This document shows, in pieces, positions 33,701 to 42,700 of a stretch of DNA of 51,727 nt (position 1 is its first letter; each line of letters starts with the position of its first letter). This DNA is from Verrucomicrobiota bacterium (lineage in GTDB: Bacteria; Verrucomicrobiota; Verrucomicrobiia; Limisphaerales; JADLHS01), in the NCBI GenBank assembly GCA_031423875.1, contig JANPGI010000105.1, positions 1-51,727 of the forward strand, in the 5' to 3' direction. The notes beneath the pieces were generated by a model. It saw only the letters and a program-made list of their open reading frames with translations, had not been told where the DNA came from and ran no database searches. Position numbers and translations under genes: made by a program.

Positions 33701-36445
33701 CAGGTTGTCCCAATCGGCACGGCTTCCGTCCTGTAGCTCGGAGTTATCCTTGATGATGTCCCAATCCTTTTCGTAACCACCGAGGTGATTTGCGAAATAC
33801 GTCGGCCCGAGCCGCTCGATGACATTGTAGATGCCCCAGTAAAGTCCGTTCATGTAGAGATGCACATGTCGTCCGCGACTCGCCAGATGGCTCATGTCCC
33901 GCATCGCCTCCTTCACCCACTGATCCCGGAGATACGTGGCGTTCTCAGGCCGATACCGCAGGGGAAAATTTTCTGCCCACGGATAAGTCCCGCCACTGAA
34001 CGGATCGTAACGCGTCGTCCACGTATCGGCCCAAGTCGAACGCAGGATGACGCTGTCAAAATCCGTCACCCCGCCGCCATACCAGTCGTAATCAAGCCGG
34101 GTCGGCCCGTAGTCGCCTTTGAATTCAAGACGGAATGAATGTTTCGGCGTGCGCACGTTATCCCGCCCCGCCTGACCATGCATCTGCACGGCGCAATTGA
34201 TCTGGAATTGCGAGGTATTGTCTCCGCTGAACAACTCCGCCGAGGTGGCGCGTTCGCCACGATCTGTCACCGCGTCCACGTAGATGCCCGTCGTGGCGTT
34301 CCAGAACGAATCATGATCGCTCACCAGCGATAGCGTCGGGATAGCACGCAAGTCGTTGGAGATAGTGACGCCGTAGTTGGTGTGGTTCACGATGAACGGA
34401 TCCATCCCGTAGTCGGCGGGAAAACTGCCCTGCCAAGTGGTCGGATAGCCCGGCTGCACATCCGATTGCTGGAGCACCTGGTTGAGGAAAATATACGAAT
34501 GCGTGTCTGGCTCACTCGGAATGTGATTCGTCAGAAATGCCGCCGCGCGCAATAACCGCGTGCCGGGAATCGAAACCGGCGCGGTATAAAGCGTGCCGTT
34601 CGTGGGCGACGGAGTACTGCCGTTGGTCGTCCAGTAAATCGAAGCCGTCACCGTGGCTGACGTGATTCCCACCGTGAACGGCGTGTCGTAGAAGCCGCGA
34701 TCCACGCTGAACTTCGTATCCGCTACCAATCCGAGATAACCCGCGCCGTTGTTCGTGCCGGGCGATGGCAGCGTGAAATAGCGCTCCACAGACGCGCCTG
34801 TTGCGAGTCCTTCCAACTCCGGCAGGATAAAGAAGTCCGTGTCCGTGGCGCTGACGTTCAAGCCGTGTATCGCCAGAACATTTGCTCCGGCCAACAACAG
34901 ACCGGGCGAATTGGTAAATGTGATTTCTTCATACACGAGCGATTGCGAATCCGTCGCGGTCGCCGTCGCGGTGGAATTCCATTGCGGCGACCCTGGCGCA
35001 TTGCGCGACGCGACGACTTGACCGTTGATGTAGGCGATAAAGCCGTCATCGGATTTCATCCGCAGCTTCAGAGTCTGGAACGCGTTCGGATTGGCGACAT
35101 TAAACGGGACACGGATGTAAGCCGTAGCGTTGTTGCTCAACATCAGTGCGCCGAGTGCATTGGTCGCGGCCTGCACGGTCAGGCGTTCGACTTGGAGCGC
35201 GTTGAGGAAAACGCCAGTTCCGCTGCTCGTCGGATCGCGTCGCCCAGAAATGAGCATCGTCCCCGAACCGGTCGCGTTTGCCTCAAAGGTGAAACGACAT
35301 TGCTCGTTGGAGGTGGGTGACGTCGTCGGATTGAACGTATAGTTGCTTTTAACGAGCAGACCGTTGGCATACCAATCCGAGACCTTAGTGCTGGTGCTAT
35401 CATCGTCAAACGACCACACGGTGAAACGATGTGACGTGTTCACATTGAGTCCGCTTAGACTGATGTCGAGTCCCCCCGTGCCCGAGCTGTCCTCCGAACG
35501 AATGAAATCTCGCAGCAACAAGGATTCGGTGAACGCGCCACTGTTCAATGGAACGCCGCGCAACCGATCGTCGTATCCGAATCCTACCGTGTTCGACACT
35601 GTAATGGTGATGCCGGAAAACACCCGCACGGTCGCCTGCGTTTGAATCGTCGTGGCGGAAACGTTGGAGTTGATGACGAAGGAATTGAACCCGGCCTGCG
35701 TCAAACCCGCCGCTGCGGAAGATCGGTCGTTGATATCCACGGACAGCACCGGCGTGGCCGTCACGCCAACCAAATAACTGGCAGGCGTGTTCACCGCCGT
35801 CCACGCGGCATCGTTGAATGCTGTCGCGGTCCACGTCGTTCCCAACGCACCGCTCGTCGGCACCAGCACGCGCGAAGTTGCCCCGGATGAAAGCAGCGAA
35901 GTGCTGATCGTGGGGATTTCTACGCCGTAAGAAACGTTCTGCCGCTGGTTCGGATACACTGGCGAATACTCGTCCACCACCACGCCTCCCGGCTGCACCA
36001 GCGCGAGATACTCGCCGTTGTTGTCCAACTGGAAATTGGCGTGCAACGGCCAGCCGAGGTTCGCACGATTTTTTCCAGAAGCGAACACCACCTGGTAACC
36101 GCCCGCCGGAAGATTCGTCGCCGGGAAAGCCCACTTGGTCAGGTTGGCAAGTTCATCCGTGAGGTGCCATCCGCCGAGATTCACCGCGCCGGGGCCGCTG
36201 TTGTAAATCTCGATCCAACTCGGGCTCTGCGAATCTTCGTCGCGCAATCCGCCTCCATTGTTCGCAAGAAACTCGTTGATGAAGACGGCGGCATGACTCG
36301 CAGGCGCTACGACCAACGACAACAGCAACAGGCCAAGACTTGATCGAGAGCGGAGATCAAAGCGGTGTGATTTCACCGCGCCCGCCTCGGACAGGCCGCA
36401 GCACCAGCGCGACTCGCAAGACGACGATTGGCATTTCATAAACAA
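30740..36445 (-). CDS. Giant secreted CotH-family (atypical kinase fold) protein with four lamin-tail domains, two CHB_HEX_C-like modules, TSP3-like Asp-rich repeats and two tandem C-terminal FYR modules
   Basis: LTDs: VFINEFLANN...WIEIYNSGPGAVNLGGWHLTD; LTEIMYNPP...LEFLELKNTGTNTLNLSG; VINEVLAHTDPPQKDAVELYNPTGTNVNIGGWYLTD; VISEIHYNPETNGVEFVELLNL. CotH core (about 33116..34498): YLRDQWVKEAMRDMSHLASRGRHVHLYMNGLYWGIYNVIERL. IYWTTNGSTPS and IYFTTDGSDP modules. DSDNDGLPDAWE...DDPDLDGLTNWEEY. Confidence 0.85.
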   Translation of the reverse strand: MFMKCQSSSCESRWCCGLSEAGAVKSHRFDLRSRSSLGLLLLSLVVAPASHAAVFINEFLANNGGGLRDEDSQSPSWIEIYNSGPGAVNLGGWHLTDELANLTKWAFPATNLPAGGYQVVFASGKNRANLGWPLHANFQLDNNGEYLALVQPGGVVVDEYSPVYPNQRQNVSYGVEIPTISTSLLSSGATSRVLVPTSGALGTTWTATAFNDAAWTAVNTPASYLVGVTATPVLSVDINDRSSAAAGLTQAGFNSFVINSNVSATTIQTQATVRVFSGITITVSNTVGFGYDDRLRGVPLNSGAFTESLLLRDFIRSEDSSGTGGLDISLSGLNVNTSHRFTVWSFDDDSTSTKVSDWYANGLLVKSNYTFNPTTSPTSNEQCRFTFEANATGSGTMLISGRRDPTSSGTGVFLNALQVERLTVQAATNALGALMLSNNATAYIRVPFNVANPNAFQTLKLRMKSDDGFIAYINGQVVASRNAPGSPQWNSTATATATDSQSLVYEEITFTNSPGLLLAGANVLAIHGLNVSATDTDFFILPELEGLATGASVERYFTLPSPGTNNGAGYLGLVADTKFSVDRGFYDTPFTVGITSATVTASIYWTTNGSTPSPTNGTLYTAPVSIPGTRLLRAAAFLTNHIPSEPDTHSYIFLNQVLQQSDVQPGYPTTWQGSFPADYGMDPFIVNHTNYGVTISNDLRAIPTLSLVSDHDSFWNATTGIYVDAVTDRGERATSAELFSGDNTSQFQINCAVQMHGQAGRDNVRTPKHSFRLEFKGDYGPTRLDYDWYGGGVTDFDSVILRSTWADTWTTRYDPFSGGTYPWAENFPLRYRPENATYLRDQWVKEAMRDMSHLASRGRHVHLYMNGLYWGIYNVIERLGPTYFANHLGGYEKDWDIIKDNSELQDGSRADWDNLIALVNLGINSESAFQAVADQVDLDNLIDYFLLHALVEANDWLQISNPHNSYWAHRRANATNGLPTTKWIFLPWDQEIAFNRLRNDDRVNGLSDGSLPSRLYNQLRNWPEFRRLYGDRVQKQMFNGGALSPSNNVARLQLLAAEIDRAIVGESARWGDAREFAIGGNGGTGQTLTRDEWWVAELHKLYTNWFPNVMHQRTIARLQAALLFPSTSAPEFSQFGGAVSNGFALTISHTNLAGLIYFTTDGSDPRQYGTGAIAASAQAYAASIPINAPTVVRARVFDAGNWSALTEAVFFPPQDLSKLALTEIMYNPPTIGATTGNNLEFLELKNTGTNTLNLSGLTFTSGLTFTFTNGTTLAPGQFFVLARNAAAFTSKYPGVTIGGTYTGQLDNSGEQLTLSHALGTPIFSVTYDDRPDWPVGPDVADFSLVQVAPGVSQAPDKGNRWRASTNPGGSPGADDPVQTIAPIVINEVLAHTDPPQKDAVELYNPTGTNVNIGGWYLTDAPDTPKKFRIPNNTVINAGARIYFDEDDFNATPGATNSFLLSSTGDDVHLFSAALDGTLTGYSHSAEFGASFNGVSFGRYVNSAGEESYPQQATLTLGVANGTPVIGPVVISEIHYNPETNGVEFVELLNLTASPVALAHATFPTNTWKLSGVDFTFPTNVTIGANGTLLVVATNPTAFRSQYNVPTNIQIFGPFAGQLQDGGENVELQAPDNPNTNGVPYVAMDAVRYNDKTPWPPAADGSGMSLQRVPASSYGNEPTHWIAAAPTPGQAVGTSDSDNDGLPDAWEQEFGTFVFIADANDDPDLDGLTNWEEYLAGTHPQFAASALRFSQIAAQNGNVVLQFFASSNRTYSLLFKSSLDAAQWSMLSNVPAHPTNRVVNLTNTVAGDAQRFYRLVTPMQTNNFSGSLRMESISANAGIVSLSFNAISNHSFTVQYKSSLGDTAWLRLKDVPAQPSNHAAVVLDNPQGAARRFYRAVTPAQL

Positions 36446-36463
36446 CGACGACGGGTTGGAATT

Positions 36464-37825
36464 CTATTCAAACTTCCAGTGATCCAGATTCAGCAAGGGT
36501 TTCTCGCCTCCCGTGAATTTCACATACAGGTCCTGCACGCCGCTCGCGGCTTCAACTGCGCATGAAATTTCTTTCCATTGCTGCCAACCGCCGGTGTTTT
36601 CTACTTTGCATTTGCCAATCACCTTGCCGTCCAAAGCGCCGAGCCGGAGTTCGATGTTGCCGCCCTGTTCCGCGCTGGCGACGCGGGCGCTAAATTTCTT
36701 CGCACCCTTCGCACCGAAATCAACTCCAGCAACTTTCACCCAATCGCCATTGTGGAGTTCAGACAGGTTCAAGCCTCCGTCGCTGCACGGCTCTGTCTCG
36801 ACGCCGCTTTGCGCGCAGAAGGTTTCTCCCTCTACCCGTACATAGGGATTGAGATGGCCAAGTTGGCCGACACCATTCGTCGTATAGGTGACTTTCTTGA
36901 TCGAGCCGTCATCGTTGAAACTGAATTCCTCGATGCCGAGGTTGCGGCGGAAGCCTGTCGGGATACCCGCCTGTTTCGCGACGATACGGTTGTGATAGAT
37001 GTGATACCAGCGGCCTTTGAACTCGAACTGCGCGGAATGGTTGTTGTCGTTGAAGTTGAGCGGTGGTTGATCCGCCACGATGCCGCGATAGGTAAAACCG
37101 TTCGTTGGATTATCGCTTGTCTGATAATCAATCCGCATCTTTGCATTCGGCGTTGTAGAATAGGAAAAGTAGTAAGTCCCGTTGCGCTTGAAAACCCATG
37201 CTGCCTCAAAAAAGTTTGTCGCGTTCATCTTGATGACTTCGCCATTGATGCTGGTCATGTCGCGATTGAGCCGGGCGCAGCGAACATTGTCGTCGCCGTT
37301 GCCGCCCATGTAGAGGTACGCCTGTCCATCGTCGTCAATGAAAGCACCGGGATCAAAGAGCCACATGTTCTTCGCGGGCTGGATGCCGGGAGTTCCGTGA
37401 GTGACGAGCGCTTTGCCGAGAGGTTCGGTGAACGGCCCGACCGGAGTGGGCGCGACGGCGACGCCGATGTCCGCACCGCCGTTGCCGAAATAGAGGAAGA
37501 ATTTTCCGTCTCGCTCAATCGCCGCTGGTGCCCAAGTTTTCTTTGCCCACTTGGTGCTGTCACTCGCGCGGAACAGAGAGCCGTGATCCGTCCAGTTCTT
37601 CATGTCGCTGCTCGATATGCAGATGACGTTGGGAATGTTGTAGCTGCCACCCACGGGACTTTCATCGTCGTTGGAGCAATAGACATAGACGCGATCCTTG
37701 GTGACGAGTGTGGATGGATCGGCCAGATAACGATGTGAGGCGATGGGGTAATCAGCCAGCAGTGCAGGCGCAGAGGCGACAAGGGCGATACAGGAGACAA
37801 AGAGCAAGAACCGTGATTGTTTCAT
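36464..37825 (-). CDS. GH43 glycoside hydrolase with C-terminal CBM6 (arabinoxylan arabinofuranohydrolase/xylosidase-type)
   Basis: Signal peptide. YLADPSTLVTKDRVYVYCSNDDE, WAPAAIERDGKFFLYF, five-bladed-propeller GH43 pattern. CBM6: VEGETFCAQSGVETE...GDWVKVAGVDFG...NIELRLG...TGGWQQWKE. Confidence 0.88.
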   Translation of the reverse strand: MKQSRFLLFVSCIALVASAPALLADYPIASHRYLADPSTLVTKDRVYVYCSNDDESPVGGSYNIPNVICISSSDMKNWTDHGSLFRASDSTKWAKKTWAPAAIERDGKFFLYFGNGGADIGVAVAPTPVGPFTEPLGKALVTHGTPGIQPAKNMWLFDPGAFIDDDGQAYLYMGGNGDDNVRCARLNRDMTSINGEVIKMNATNFFEAAWVFKRNGTYYFSYSTTPNAKMRIDYQTSDNPTNGFTYRGIVADQPPLNFNDNNHSAQFEFKGRWYHIYHNRIVAKQAGIPTGFRRNLGIEEFSFNDDGSIKKVTYTTNGVGQLGHLNPYVRVEGETFCAQSGVETEPCSDGGLNLSELHNGDWVKVAGVDFGAKGAKKFSARVASAEQGGNIELRLGALDGKVIGKCKVENTGGWQQWKEISCAVEAASGVQDLYVKFTGGEKPLLNLDHWKFE

Positions 37826-37961
37826 ACTAGATTTTGAAAGGATGAGTCACCAACGAAAGCGGGCGGCGATCCTCGGATATAATGTTTTGAGTGATTGAAC
37901 GTCGAACAGATCACGCGCCCACAACCGATAAGTCGGTGGACAGGACAACCAATACGCCCTG

Positions 37962-38735
37962 TCACTTTAACGTCGGCAGTCGTATAACCAACGGTTGCTC
38001 AAAGTCCTGAGTCTCCTGTGACCAGTAGGTGTCGGTAACGCCAAACGCTCCATTTCGAGTTGCAAAGCGATACCACGAATCAATTTTTCGCCACGCGGCA
38101 GAACCGTCGGCAAAGACTTCATTGCCACCATTCGGGTTGTTGCCCTTCTTGTGTGGCGGAGAGTTTGCATAGATGTAGTAGCGGGTCGAGGCTCTCGCGC
38201 CAGGATCGTTTTCTGACCAATTGACACCAATTTTTATCAAGGCATCAGCTGCCAACACCCAATGCGGCTTTGAGGTGGATAACTTGACCGGGCTGTAAGA
38301 CTTAAAGGCACCACCCGGCGTTACCCAATTGGTCAAACCACCCATATAATTGTACCCGATCACCCATTGAGGAACGCCGGCTTCAAAATCCGGCAAGCCT
38401 GGGGCAAGCTTTCCCCGATTCGGGCAACACCAAATCGAACTCGCCTTCGAATCTACATTCAACCCTACGTTTTTTGCTCCCGAGGCTCCTGGGTCTGTAA
38501 GCGTATTAAGAACATCCAGCCGGACAGGAAGAACCAGGTCGTTGTTGTCCACAGAATAAACCGTCATGCCGATGCCGATTTGTTTAAGGTTGTTCAAGCA
38601 TTGGATTATTTTCGCCTTCTCTTTGGCCTTAGCCAACGCCGGGAGTAGCATCGCCGCTAAGATGGCGATGATGGCGATGACCACGAGTAATTCGATTAGT
38701 GTGAAACCGGCTGTGCTGGATGATTTTGTTTTCAT
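37962..38735 (-). CDS. Prepilin-type N-terminal cleavage/methylation domain protein (DUF1559-like pseudopilin paralogue)
   Basis: MKTKSSSTA|[57 protein letters not shown]; C-terminal VFADGSAAW. Confidence 0.85.
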   Translation of the reverse strand: MKTKSSSTAGFTLIELLVVIAIIAILAAMLLPALAKAKEKAKIIQCLNNLKQIGIGMTVYSVDNNDLVLPVRLDVLNTLTDPGASGAKNVGLNVDSKASSIWCCPNRGKLAPGLPDFEAGVPQWVIGYNYMGGLTNWVTPGGAFKSYSPVKLSTSKPHWVLAADALIKIGVNWSENDPGARASTRYYIYANSPPHKKGNNPNGGNEVFADGSAAWRKIDSWYRFATRNGAFGVTDTYWSQETQDFEQPLVIRLPTLK

Positions 38736-38796
38736 TAAAAACTTCGACTAGGGGCTAAGTTTGATTTAATTCGATGACATTTTGAGAAGTGTTGGC

Positions 38797-39630
38797 TTAA
38801 TAAAACCAGCCGGACGTGGCACTTTTCCAAACGCACACAATTTTTTGCCTGTTGTGTGATTCCACATGGCCATCCGCATACGCCACGTTGACAGAATTCA
38901 ATTGCCTGTTCGAGACGTGACCGGAATATTTTTTAGCGATCTTCAGATTGGCCGTGTTGTCCGCGCCAGTGATGTTGATGTCATTCACATTGGCTCCGAT
39001 CGTTGAACCGTAGCCCGAAAAGCATGTGTCACTGATGAACGGAACATATTGGCTGGCTTTATCAGTCGCCTTCTTTGGGAAGCCGTAAGTTTTGAGATCG
39101 GTACCGGGCACGATATTCTGGGGATCGGGAGACTCGATGACAGAGATGCCGACCGTGGTGGATCCCCGCGAGACCCATAAATTGTGATTCATGACGTATA
39201 ACCCGGCCGCACCTACCAGTTTGTACATGTAGTTGGTCACATCCGTTAATGTGGAGATCGGCAGGCCACCATTGATGGTGACTGCTGCATTGGCTTCTTC
39301 AGGCCGGGCCGGACAGAACCACATTCCAGCCGTCAATCCGTATGTCCCCATGACCGGCACAAATTCCGGGCCGATGTCCCACGGATTGCCCTCACCAATC
39401 GTCGCCATCATGCCCATTCCGGGCAACGCATCCTTTGAATCATTGGCATACATGTTCGCCATCACTCCCCACTGTTTGTAATTGGAAGTGCAGTTGATGA
39501 CCTTGGCTTTGAACTTCGCCTTGGCCAAGGCGGGTAACAACATGGCGGCCAAGATCGCGATGATGGCGATGACCACGAGCAGTTCGATCAAGGTAAAACC
39601 GGACGACTTTTGTTTTTTATAGTTCATCAT
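38797..39630 (-). CDS. Prepilin-type N-terminal cleavage/methylation domain protein (DUF1559-like pseudopilin paralogue)
   Basis: [10 protein letters not shown]|[57 protein letters not shown]; C-terminal [11 protein letters not shown]. Confidence 0.85.
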   Translation of the reverse strand: MMNYKKQKSSGFTLIELLVVIAIIAILAAMLLPALAKAKFKAKVINCTSNYKQWGVMANMYANDSKDALPGMGMMATIGEGNPWDIGPEFVPVMGTYGLTAGMWFCPARPEEANAAVTINGGLPISTLTDVTNYMYKLVGAAGLYVMNHNLWVSRGSTTVGISVIESPDPQNIVPGTDLKTYGFPKKATDKASQYVPFISDTCFSGYGSTIGANVNDINITGADNTANLKIAKKYSGHVSNRQLNSVNVAYADGHVESHNRQKIVCVWKSATSGWFY

Positions 39631-39656
39631 TTTCGGCTGTTATTTTTCGGCACACA

Positions 39657-39700
39657 GAAAAAATGCGAGGGGCTACCCAACCCAAGGCACGCCCCTCGCA
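39657..39700 (-). terminator. Rho-independent terminator downstream of the PATR giant
   Basis: 10-bp stem (39664..39673 pairs with 39691..39700, tgcgaggggc/gcccctcgca), 17-nt loop and a run of six T on the minus strand (39658..39663). It starts 21 nt after the TAA at 39721. Confidence 0.7.
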
Positions 39701-39720
39701 CTCAACCAGTCAACCAACCC

Positions 39721-42700
39721 TTAAGGCGTAGAAATAAGACGGAAGAAGACCGATCCGTTTGCCGGGTTAATCGTCACGTTGACCGGGCTGCTGCCACCGC
39801 CGGGATAATCACCCCAGTTGCTGTTGATACCCACGCTGACGCTGTTCGTCTGCGCTTGCAGCTTGTAACCACTGCCGGGCCAGGTGAATTGCAGGTTGTT
39901 GCCCGTCTGTGTGAAGCCCAATGACGGTGGAGCCAACACTGTGGCGACTGTGATACTGCCGTCCACGGCGAGGGCGTTGGTCCAAGTCGCACCACCGCCG
40001 GTGACGGTCAGTGCCGCACCGCCGGTGACCGGCTGGCTGAACAGGGTGAACTTAGTGCCCACGGTAAGAACCGGGCCGAGGTTCGCCACAGTGAGAGTTC
40101 CAGAACCAGTCTTGGACAATACTCCAGTCACAGCAGCTACGTCATTGGACTGCGCGAGGGATGTGTTCACCTGCACAGAAACATTGCCGCCGATGGTCAG
40201 GTCGCTAACAGCCGTGAGTGTGCCGATCGCACTGGCTGACGCACCGGGCGAGAACGTGGTGCCCGCCTCCAAGGTGATTGGGCCGTAGAACGCGCCCGTG
40301 CCACCCAGTGTGCCGCCATAGACGGCGGTTGAGCTGGCAAAGTTCTCATTGTTCATGAACAACGCGCCGTTGCTGACGGTGAGGGATCCCGTGATGTTAT
40401 TCGTGCCGGTGAGCGTCAGGGTGCCAGCGGCCAGTTTCACAATTGAACCCGCTCCGCTGATGGCGCCGCCGAAGGTCAAGTCGTTCGCGCGATTAAACAC
40501 AAGCACGCCGTTGTCAGTCACAGGGCCGGTGCCGATGTCACCAGTGGTGCCGCCGTCACCGACTTGGATCGTGCCAGCGGTGATGACTGTGCCGCCCGGA
40601 TAATCATTGTTAGCCGTGAGCGTCAGAACACCAAGACCACGTTGCTCTACGATGCCGCGGTTACCGAACGGCAGGGTCGGCGCGAAGGTGATGAGGCCCG
40701 GGAACGTAAAGTCTTCCGGATGGTTGAAGGCAACTCTCCGTGGATTTTCGTTCGGAGTGAGGCTGTTGGTGAAGAGGATGCCACCAACAATCGAGCCAGC
40801 ACCGGGAGTGCCGCCATCGCCGAGAACAAGTGTGTTGTTGGCGATGATCGTGCCGCCTGTGTAAGTATTCGTGCCGGTCAAGGTCACGTCGCCCACGTTG
40901 ACATTGTTGGCATCTACCAATATGCGACCCGTTCCGACAACAGGACCAGCGTAAATGAAGACTGCGTTGTCTTGGCGGACAAGTTTCAGGGTGCCATTAT
41001 TGGTCACCATCGAACTGGACAGTGACCCTTGATTGCCTTGTGCAGGCTGGAACGTGGCGCCGGGTTCGATGAGTGTCCAACCGGTATAGGTGTTCGCGCC
41101 GAGCGCTTGAAACAGGTTGCCCGCACCTCGAACAATCACATTGCCCGTACCGCTAATGCCGCCGCCGCCAGACATGGTGAACGATCCAGTGCTGTCAAAG
41201 ATGAAGGTGCCGTCGTTGACCACGGGAGCGGTGGAGTTCAATTTACCCGTCGCCCCGCCGTTGCCCACCTGCAAGGTGCCTGCAATGATAGTGGTCTGGC
41301 CTGCATAGCTGTTGTCACCGGGCAAAACGACCTTGCCCGTGCCATCTTTGGTAACGGTTCCGGTACCGCTCACAGTGCCATTGGTAAGAGTGCTGGAAGT
41401 GTTGAAGACGAGGCTGCCGTTGTTTAGGATGTTCCCGCTGCCCAGCGAGCCGCTGGCCCCGCCCACGCCAACTTGCAACGTTCCGGCAGCGATCGTGGTC
41501 GCGCCGGAATACGTATTGTTCCCGGTCAAAACCCACTTGCCCGCGCCGCTCTTCGTCAGCGCAGTCGCGCCACCATTGTCACCGAGCGAGGCTGCGAGAG
41601 TATTATCGTTCATGTCTGCGCCCGACAAGGTGAGCGTACGTGCGCCGGTGCCGCTCAAGGCGACTGAACCAGCGTTGCCCAGAGCCAACGCGCCAGAGCC
41701 TGAAGAGTTAATCGCACCGTTCCCAGTACCGAGCGTGAACAGACGATCACTGGTCGCCCCGCTGCCGGTGTATTGTAGTGTGCCGCCATTGAGCACCAAA
41801 CTTCCTGCGGTGTTGTTCGCAGCACCGATGTCGCTCGCAGCTCCACCGTTGGCCAACGCACCGACGCTCACCGTGCCGCCGCTGATAGTGGTGGCACCAC
41901 TGTAAGTATTGACGCCGCCTGCCAGCGTAAGAGTGGTGCTGCCACTCTTGGCCAAACCGCCGCTACCACCGATGAGGTTGGCGCCGCTTGATGTGATGCT
42001 GTAAATCTTGGCACTGCTGCTCACCGCAACGCCCGTAGGCGAAACCGGGGAATTGAGGACCACATTGGTCTCTCCCGTAGCGGTGTCGTCAAACAATGCG
42101 GTGTTGCCGTTGACAAAAACTGCCGAAATGCCGCCAGCCTTCCAGTTGTTCGCCGTGGCGGTGTCCCAGTTGCCGTTGCCCAAGCCAGTCCAGACAAACG
42201 CCAGTGAGGTGATGTTCAGTTTGATCGTATTGCCGTTGGTGGTGAGATTGCCACCGGCACCGGTCAACGTTCCGAGAGTGACCGCCGGGGCCGAGCCGCT
42301 GCTCCAAGAGAACAACGGGTAGCTTTGACCAATGGCGAACGTGCCGCTGTTGACATTGACGGTGATCGTGCCGCCAGCCGAAACTGAACCTGCCGCGATC
42401 AACGCGGTTGATGTGCTGGTGACGTTGTTGAATTCTAAGGTGGAACTGGTTCCCACAGTCAGCGTGGTCGGCGCGATCGGCGTGCCGGTGGCTTTGACAC
42501 CGAGTGCCGCGCTGTTGGCAATCGTGATGTCCCCTGCGCCTGCTGAACCTTCAATCACCAGCTTACCAGCGCTGACCGTGGTCAATCCGCTGTAAGTGTT
42601 CGCACCGGAAATTGTCAGCGTGCCCGATCCGATTTTGGTGAACGTACCGCCACTGCTGGTCAGAGCGTTTGTGAGGGTCACACTCTGTCCACCCGTATCA

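Noticed and set aside
37925-37945. Mini-palindrome ccgataagtcgg upstream of GH43, considered as a further operator copy
   Set aside because: Only 4+4 bp are symmetric, the spacing is wrong (12 versus 18 bp), and it lacks the ATAC/GTAT ends of the motif.
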